This document shows, piece after piece, positions 44,191 through 49,914 of a stretch of 49,914 bases of DNA. The notes under the pieces are model-generated. The model had not been told where the DNA came from, ran no database searches, and saw nothing but the letters and a program-made list of their open reading frames with translations. Within the stretch, counting starts at the first letter, position 1; each line of letters begins with the position of its first letter. The position numbers and the translations under genes were made by a program. The stretch is from a virus (lineage: Duplodnaviria > Caudoviricetes): the IMG/VR virus record IMGVR_UViG_3300044709_000090, positions 1 to 49,914 of that record. One strand, given 5' to 3'.

Positions 44191-45375
44191 GTGCCGGGGC
44201 CGCTGTACCGCCCGGGGCTGCCCAAGCGGTCCTGGGGCGGCCCGTGGACGAGCCAACCCGTCGGCGGGCGAGCACTCCCACCGGTGGAGATTCCGTACGA
44301 GTGGATCGCGACGCCGGTGCTGCGCAGGCCGACCGCGGTCATCAACTCGGCCGCCATCCAGCAGGCCGGCGCAGCGACCGCCTACAGCAGTGACGCGGCC
44401 AGCATCAAACGCTACGGGGTAGGGCCGGCGTCGGCCACGCTCACCACCCCGGTCGACGCCGATGCGAGCAACCTCGCTACCCACCTCACCACCTACTACG
44501 CCACCCCACGCCCGCGTCAGCCGGTGCTCGCGTTCCACCTGATGGCCCGCACCGAGGACGAATGCGCGCTGCTGCTCAGCGTCGGCCTGGGCCGGCGGGT
44601 GCGCATCATCCACACCCCCACCAACTGGCCGGTCGGCGCCGCCAACTTCGTCGTCGAGGGCGTCCGCCACACTCTCGCCGTCGACGACCGGACCGTCGAG
44701 TGGTCCACCGCGGCGCTCATCGGGGCGAGCCCAACGTTCCTGGACACGTTCGACCGCACCACCACCAGCGGTTGGGGCAACACGTGGTCGGTGGTGTCCG
44801 GCGCCGCGTCGCAGTTCTCGACGAACGGTTCGTCGGCGCTGATGACCCACTCGGCGCCCGGGTTCTGCCAGATCTCGCTGCCCTACGTCTCGCTCAACGA
44901 TGACTTCGTCGCGACGTGCTCAGTGTCGTCCATCGCCAACTACGGCGACGCGGCGGTGCAGTTGCGGTTCACCGATACGAACAACTACTACCGCGCGGTG
45001 CACCGCTTCGACGCCAACGCTTTCGAGATCGACGTGCGCACCAACGGTGTCACCTCGACGATCGCCGGCCCGGTCAGCCCGCTCGCCGCGGCGACGGTCG
45101 GACCCGTGAAGATCCGATTCCAGGCCAACGGGTCACAGCTGCGCGCCCGCGCGTGGCTGGCGAGCGGCACCGAGCCCACGGCATGGCAACTCACGGCCAC
45201 CGACTCGACGTTCGCATCCGGCACCGGCATCGCCCTGTCGTCCTTCGACGCGACCGCGGCCAAGACGTTCACCTACGACGACGTGTCCGTCTACAACGGC
45301 ACGAACACCGTGCCCGGTCCGTGGTTCCGCTGGGATACGTCCACATGGGACGGCAGTGATCTGCGCCCCTTCTAG
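44191..45375 (+). CDS. Minor tail protein (baseplate C-terminal-like part plus lectin-like domain)
   Basis: ASIKRYG; P.PR; VEG..H; DTF.RT..GWG; RARAW..EP..W. Confidence 0.75.
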   Translation: MPGPLYRPGLPKRSWGGPWTSQPVGGRALPPVEIPYEWIATPVLRRPTAVINSAAIQQAGAATAYSSDAASIKRYGVGPASATLTTPVDADASNLATHLTTYYATPRPRQPVLAFHLMARTEDECALLLSVGLGRRVRIIHTPTNWPVGAANFVVEGVRHTLAVDDRTVEWSTAALIGASPTFLDTFDRTTTSGWGNTWSVVSGAASQFSTNGSSALMTHSAPGFCQISLPYVSLNDDFVATCSVSSIANYGDAAVQLRFTDTNNYYRAVHRFDANAFEIDVRTNGVTSTIAGPVSPLAAATVGPVKIRFQANGSQLRARAWLASGTEPTAWQLTATDSTFASGTGIALSSFDATAAKTFTYDDVSVYNGTNTVPGPWFRWDTSTWDGSDLRPF

Positions 45376-45390
45376 AGCGAAGGGCTGACG

Positions 45391-45927
45391 ATGGCCGCTA
45401 CGCCTGGCACCCACACCTTCACCGGCGTCGTCGCAACGTCATCGGAGATGAACTCCTACGTCCGCGACCCGCTGCTGTTCCTGTTCAAGGTGCCGATCGC
45501 CGAACTGGTAGCGACCGCGCTGCAGTCGGTCAACAACGCCACCGTCACCCCGATCGCGTTTGCGTCCTTCACGGTCGACACCGATGTGGACGGTGTGGGC
45601 GGGCACGACCCGGTGACGAACAACAGCCGCTACACGGCCCGCTACGCCGGCTGGTACTACTGCGACGGCGCGGTGGGCTGGGCCGCCAACGCGACGGGCG
45701 TGCGGGTCGCCTGGTGGGTCGTCAACGGGGCCGCGCTCAACAACGCGACCGCCACCATCGGCGCGAACGCGGCCATCGTGACACCGCCCGCCCGCGGGAA
45801 GCTCATCTTCCTCAACATCGGTGACTACGTCGAGTTGGCCGGGTACCAGACCTCGGGAGGCGCGTTGAACACCACCAACAACGCCCCGGACGAGGCCTCC
45901 GCGTCGATCCACTGGGTGAGCAACTGA
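45391..45927 (+). CDS. Minor tail protein (C1q-like receptor-binding candidate)
   Basis: N.YVRD; SRYT..AGWY; LN.GDYVEL..YQTSG. Confidence 0.75.
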   Translation: MAATPGTHTFTGVVATSSEMNSYVRDPLLFLFKVPIAELVATALQSVNNATVTPIAFASFTVDTDVDGVGGHDPVTNNSRYTARYAGWYYCDGAVGWAANATGVRVAWWVVNGAALNNATATIGANAAIVTPPARGKLIFLNIGDYVELAGYQTSGGALNTTNNAPDEASASIHWVSN

Positions 45928-46361
45928 TGCCCGACACCTGGCTGATCATCCATCTGCACGGCGATGTCCACGTCTGGAATCTGGGCGAGATCGCCGACGA
46001 CGACCGCGACGGCGCCATCATGGCCGCCCGGGCGCTGGTCGGGTTCCCGGCGGATGACTCGTGGGCCCAGACACCCGAGCTCATGTGGCAGAAGGTCGCA
46101 CCCGGCGTCCCTGACCGGCAGGTGCTGGCAACCGCGGTCATGGTTTCCTTCGGTCAGCCCCACGACGACCTGATGAACCGGGCCCGCGTCTGGGACCGTA
46201 AGGACCTGGCCGACATGGTCCCGGACGTGCTGGCCAAGTACAAGGCCCGGTACGCCGAGAACGTGCGTAAGCATCAGGTCGAGACGCTGGCCGCGTCACT
46301 GTCCGGTGTGGACCCCGACGTCCTGGCCGCGGCGCTCATCCACCCGAGGGCGCTGCCGTGA
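45927..46361 (+). CDS. Hypothetical tail-associated protein
   Basis: TGATG coupling. Confidence 0.65.
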   Translation: MPDTWLIIHLHGDVHVWNLGEIADDDRDGAIMAARALVGFPADDSWAQTPELMWQKVAPGVPDRQVLATAVMVSFGQPHDDLMNRARVWDRKDLADMVPDVLAKYKARYAENVRKHQVETLAASLSGVDPDVLAAALIHPRALP

Positions 46362-47266
46362 CGATCCACTTCCCGGACCTGTCCCACCATAAGCAGGTCT
46401 CCCTCGACGGCGCGGTCGCGCTGATCACCAAGGCGACCGAGGGCACGTCCTTTGTGGATCCGTCATACGCCGGCTACAAGGCTGACGCGGCGAAGCGCGG
46501 CATCCCGTTCTGCGCGTTTCACTGGTTGCACGCCGCCGACGTGGCCGGTCAGGCGAAACATTGTTTCAGAGTTGTCGGCCCCGGCGTGCCGCTGATGATC
46601 GACGACGAGGACCCGACCGACGGGTTGAGCCTGAGTCGGACGCTGGCTTTTGTGCAGGCGTACCGGACCTTGGGCGGACTGGTGACGCTGGAGTACCTTC
46701 CGCGCTGGTTCTGGTCCAACCACGGCTCGCCGGACCTGCGCCCGCTCGCCAAGGCCGGCCTGGCGCTGGTGTCGTCGGCGTACCCCAGGTCGGGTTACAC
46801 CGAGCAGGGCGTGGGCTGGCTGCCTTACGGCGGCGTGTACCCGGCGATCTGGCAGTACACCGACGCGCACCCGTTCAACGGCCAGGCCGTCGACTTCAAC
46901 GCCTTCAAGGGCACCGTGGACGATCTGCGGGTGCTGTGGGGGCTATCCACATCGGAGGGCTACGTGGGCACCAGCGAATGGCACACCGGCGAAGAGTCGG
47001 GCGCGTTCCTCACCCAGGGCAACCCGGGCTACGCCAAGCAGCAACGCGACACCGCGCTGGCCTTCACGTGGGAGGCGGCGCACGAGGCGATGACCGCGTC
47101 GAAGGCGGCGCTGGCCAAGTGCGACGAGATCCTGGCCGCGATCGCCGCGCTCGGTGGTGGCGGCGGTGGGACCGGCGCGACGGTCGACCAGATCCGCAAG
47201 GTCGTGGACGAGGAGCTGGACGAGGCGTTCCGCGGCGGCGCCGACAATGACCCGGCGAGTCCGTAA
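46358..47266 (+). CDS. Endolysin, GH25 muramidase
   Basis: D.SHH; KATEG..F.D; ID.E; IWQYT; VD.N.F.G. Confidence 0.9.
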   Translation: MTIHFPDLSHHKQVSLDGAVALITKATEGTSFVDPSYAGYKADAAKRGIPFCAFHWLHAADVAGQAKHCFRVVGPGVPLMIDDEDPTDGLSLSRTLAFVQAYRTLGGLVTLEYLPRWFWSNHGSPDLRPLAKAGLALVSSAYPRSGYTEQGVGWLPYGGVYPAIWQYTDAHPFNGQAVDFNAFKGTVDDLRVLWGLSTSEGYVGTSEWHTGEESGAFLTQGNPGYAKQQRDTALAFTWEAAHEAMTASKAALAKCDEILAAIAALGGGGGGTGATVDQIRKVVDEELDEAFRGGADNDPASP

Positions 47267-47690
47267 CAGCCCACCCGTCGGGGGCGAGCACGTCTCCGTC
47301 CTGGACTACATGGCGGCCATGCGCGTGGCCGACGAGAAGTTCCACGCCGAACGGGACCGTCGCTACGCGGAGGTCAGCGTCGAGCGCGAGAAGGCGCTGA
47401 AGATCAAGGAGGTGGCCGACCTGGCCGCCCTCCAACTGGCCCGTGAGATCCAGACGTACAAGGACGAGAAGGCCAACGAGTTGCGCGAGCAGATCTCCAG
47501 TGAGCGCGGCAACTACGCGACGAGAGAAGACCTCTCGGCGGCGCTGCGCGAGGTCACCGCGATGATCAAGCCGCTGGCTGACTACGTCTCCTCGCAGCAG
47601 GGCCGTTCGACCGGACTCAACGCCGGCTGGGGCTACCTGCTCGGCGCGGCCAGCCTGGTCGGTCTGATCATCACTCTCATCGTGAGGTAG
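47247..47690 (+). CDS. Coiled-coil protein with C-terminal TM (lysis cassette)
   Basis: GWGYLLGAASLVGLIITLIV. Confidence 0.7.
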   Translation: MTRRVRNSPPVGGEHVSVLDYMAAMRVADEKFHAERDRRYAEVSVEREKALKIKEVADLAALQLAREIQTYKDEKANELREQISSERGNYATREDLSAALREVTAMIKPLADYVSSQQGRSTGLNAGWGYLLGAASLVGLIITLIVR

Positions 47691-47756
47691 CACCACCAGC
47701 ACCACCGCTCTGGCCTGGACCCCGCCGGAGTCAGCAACAACCCGACGGGAACTCCC

Positions 47757-48086
47757 GTGACTATCGAGGACTGGCAGGCCGTCGGCATCGTCTGCGGGGC
47801 GCTCCTGGCTTTGCTGACGCTGGTCGGTCTGGTCTACCGAAAGGCGATCCGGCCTATGTTCCGGTCCCTGAAGTTGGCGGCGCGGCTGGTTGAGCAGTTG
47901 GTCGGGGACCCGGAGGAGGGTGTACCGAGTCTCATGGAGCAGTTGGCCAGCCTGCACGAGTCTGATGTGAGGTTGGCCCGCCAGCTCGACGACCATCTGC
48001 AGTGGCATGCGAACCCGGGTGGTCGCCCGGCCAAGGTGGTGCCGGTGCGCCCGAACGGGCCGCAACAACCCCGGCACCGACCGTAG
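47757..48086 (+). CDS. N-terminal TM protein (lysis cassette)
   Basis: AVGIVCGALLALLTLVGLVY; G.P...P.LME.L. Confidence 0.7.
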   Translation: MTIEDWQAVGIVCGALLALLTLVGLVYRKAIRPMFRSLKLAARLVEQLVGDPEEGVPSLMEQLASLHESDVRLARQLDDHLQWHANPGGRPAKVVPVRPNGPQQPRHRP

Positions 48087-48122
48087 ACATACGACGATTC
48101 GCGATTCATGTAGGGAGTAGCC

Positions 48123-48413
48123 ATGGCCAACTCGGCACTCAGCAGGAATCCCGCCGACCATATGGGCTGCGACCCGGCACACTGCGACGTCGCGAGGAGC
48201 AACGCCACGGACGGCTTCCATGCGCAGGAGAACTGGTACTTCAAGCGACTGGAAGGCGGCATGGTCCGAGTGACCTCGGCCAGCGAGCCGCCGCGATCGG
48301 TCCTACTTGAGGCATCCGTGTGGGCCTCCGCGGTCGCATCGGTGAGCGCAGACGGCGAGACCGGCGAGACCTATCGGGCGGCGCTTGCGTTCCACGGAGA
48401 GGACCACACATGA
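48123..48413 (+). CDS. Hypothetical protein
   Basis: FH....WYF.R..G.V; WASAVASVS. Confidence 0.65.
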   Translation: MANSALSRNPADHMGCDPAHCDVARSNATDGFHAQENWYFKRLEGGMVRVTSASEPPRSVLLEASVWASAVASVSADGETGETYRAALAFHGEDHT

Positions 48414-48643
48414 AGCTGGCCGAGTACGCCAAGGCGACGACGGCGTTCCTGCTCGCCGCGTACACCGGATACCAGGCGGCCCGGCTGGGTAGCTCGCCGG
48501 GCGGTGAGGGCGTCGTGCTGGATGAGTGGGTTGGCATCACCGTCACAGGGCTGCTGGTCGGCTTCGGTGTCTGGGTCGTGCCCAACGCTGACCCCCCGTC
48601 GGCGTTGCTGCCGGGTGCTCACGAAAGGTTGGTGAACCGCTGA
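48410..48643 (+). CDS. Holin-like two-TM protein
   Basis: YAKA..A; EW..I; GVW.VPN. Confidence 0.75.
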   Translation: MKLAEYAKATTAFLLAAYTGYQAARLGSSPGGEGVVLDEWVGITVTGLLVGFGVWVVPNADPPSALLPGAHERLVNR

Positions 48644-48798
48644 TGTTCGCTATCTGTGCCGCTATCACGGCGGCGGTCGGCCTGTTCGGCGGCCACATCT
48701 TCGCCCTGAACCTGGTCTACCTGTGCTTCCTGTTCATCGCGTTGCACCTGCTGTGGGACCCGTTCGCGGCCCGGTACCCGTGGCGACGCGTGCAGTGA
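48643..48798 (+). CDS. Small two-TM membrane protein
   Basis: MFAICAAITAAVGLFGGHIFALNLVYLCFLFIALHLLW; TGATG-coupled. Confidence 0.6.
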   Translation: MFAICAAITAAVGLFGGHIFALNLVYLCFLFIALHLLWDPFAARYPWRRVQ

Positions 48799-48944
48799 TG
48801 TAGCGTCGAAGGCCACGGCGCCCCCAGAGCCGAAGACTTGGGGGAACGTAGCGAGCGGAGACGGCGGACCGGCGTACGACGGGACGACGACACGGCTTCC
48901 GGCCTCGACCGTGCCAGTGCCGGACGTTGGGCCGGCTTTAACGC

Positions 48945-48983
48945 AAACGAGCCCTGTGCTTCACAACAGCACAGGGCTCGTTT
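48945..48983 (+). terminator. Late-operon terminator
   Basis: 16-bp perfect stem AAACGAGCCCTGTGCT/AGCACAGGGCTCGTTT. Confidence 0.8.
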
Positions 48984-49011
48984 CGTCGTTGGTGAGGCGT
49001 ACGCTGGTGCG

Positions 49012-49212
49012 ATGCGGTACGTCGTGCCGGAGCGAGTCCACGAGTTCACCGTGACCGTGCCAGCGGGCATTGAGACCCGACTGCCAAACGGCTGCACCAT
49101 CATTTGCAGTGGCACGACCGGCAACTATGAGGTGCGTGGCTCGCTGACCGAGGACGGACCGATCGTCGAGGTCGTCAGCTTCCAGAACAGCGGCCAAATA
49201 CTAAGGACCTAA
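49012..49212 (+). CDS. Small hypothetical protein (leaderless)
   Basis: TACGCT 6 nt before ATG; flanked by terminators. Confidence 0.55.
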   Translation: MRYVVPERVHEFTVTVPAGIETRLPNGCTIICSGTTGNYEVRGSLTEDGPIVEVVSFQNSGQILRT

Positions 49213-49266
49213 TCACCGGCGGGATACGTCCGAACGGATGATGTCCACGACCTGACCCCAGACAGC

Positions 49267-49303
49267 AAGAAGCCCCGGTCGCCTTTCGGCGCCGGGGCTT
49301 CTT
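49267..49303. terminator. Bidirectional terminator
   Basis: AAGAAGCCCCGG...CCGGGGCTTCTT between convergent genes. Confidence 0.8.
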
Positions 49304-49315
49304 CGTCGTTACTGG

Positions 49316-49914
49316 CTACTTCTTCGGCCGACGGTCCATCAGGACGTTGCCGGTGAGCGGACTGCGCACGACCCGCTCCGGGCCGGTCCAGGATCGCGGC
49401 ACTTCGTCGCGGTCCTCGTCGTCTTCGCCAATCGGCGCCCGGAACACTGGCGCGGCCGGGGATACCGGCACGGGCAACCTCACCGGTGCGCCGGCCGTGA
49501 TGTCGACGGCCTGCGCTACGGGGGTTACCCGCTCGGGGGTATCCGTCTCCCTGAGCTTGCGCCCGCGCGAGGAGAGGATCTCCACGACCAGCAGCAGCGC
49601 CAGCGCCGGCCACGCCGCCACCGAGCGACCCAGAAGGGTCGGCTGGGCGGACATCACGTTGGCGCCGACAGACGCTGCGATACCGATCGCGAAGCCGAGC
49701 TTCGTCTGCCAGGAGGGCTTGCGGCCCTGGATCCGGGCGTCGACCATGGCGACCGACGCGACGACCAACAGGCCGTCCACCGAGAAGGGCAACACGTGAG
49801 CGAGCTCGTCGCGCTCGCCGGCCATGATGGCCACGTGCACCTGGTGCCAGTAGCTTGCGTAACCCGCGATCGTCGCCACCGCAGCGGCGGACAGGTTGCG
49901 GGTGATCCGCGTGA
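49316..49914 (-). CDS. DUF2637 (SpdA-like) membrane protein; start lies at 147 across the junction
   Basis: AGYASY.H..P.SVDGL..ASVGANV..VAAWPALALLL..E. Confidence 0.85.
   Translation of the reverse strand, partial: TRITRNLSAAAVATIAGYASYWHQVHVAIMAGERDELAHVLPFSVDGLLVVASVAMVDARIQGRKPSWQTKLGFAIGIAASVGANVMSAQPTLLGRSVAAWPALALLLVVEILSSRGRKLRETDTPERVTPVAQAVDITAGAPVRLPVPVSPAAPVFRAPIGEDDEDRDEVPRSWTGPERVVRSPLTGNVLMDRRPKK
49778..49914. repeat. Terminal direct repeat, copy 2
   Basis: Matches 1..137 with one mismatch. Confidence 0.95.

Overview
The window is an apparently complete, circularly permuted ~49.8 kb genome of a temperate, high-GC actinobacterial siphovirus (the last 137 bp repeat the first 137 bp). 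An actinomycete host is inferred from WhiB, DUF2637, DUF6221, DUF6093 and leaderless promoters. Gene order: accessory/lysogeny island (49.0 kb across the junction to 3.1 kb); intact attP matching a tRNA-His 3' end; tyrosine integrase; repressor/Cro switch; long early operon (RecE/RecT-like pair, WhiB, a broken C5 methyltransferase, a ParB-methyltransferase plus PD-(D/E)xK nuclease pair, replication module); packaging; head; tail; lysis. The most unusual part is the head module. The DUF935 portal continues in frame into ~1100 aa of cargo: four helix-extension-helix DNA-binding-like motifs and two ADP-ribosyltransferase-like domains. It is followed by a coupled immunity-like gene, a peptidoglycan-binding polyprotein and a DUF6582-protease-scaffold. 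These three large proteins have V-x-A-[A/S/T/V/G] motifs at domain borders and two share an HPR..GG.F motif, which suggests a protease-processed capsid cargo-loading system. All family names come from motif recognition by eye, not database searches.
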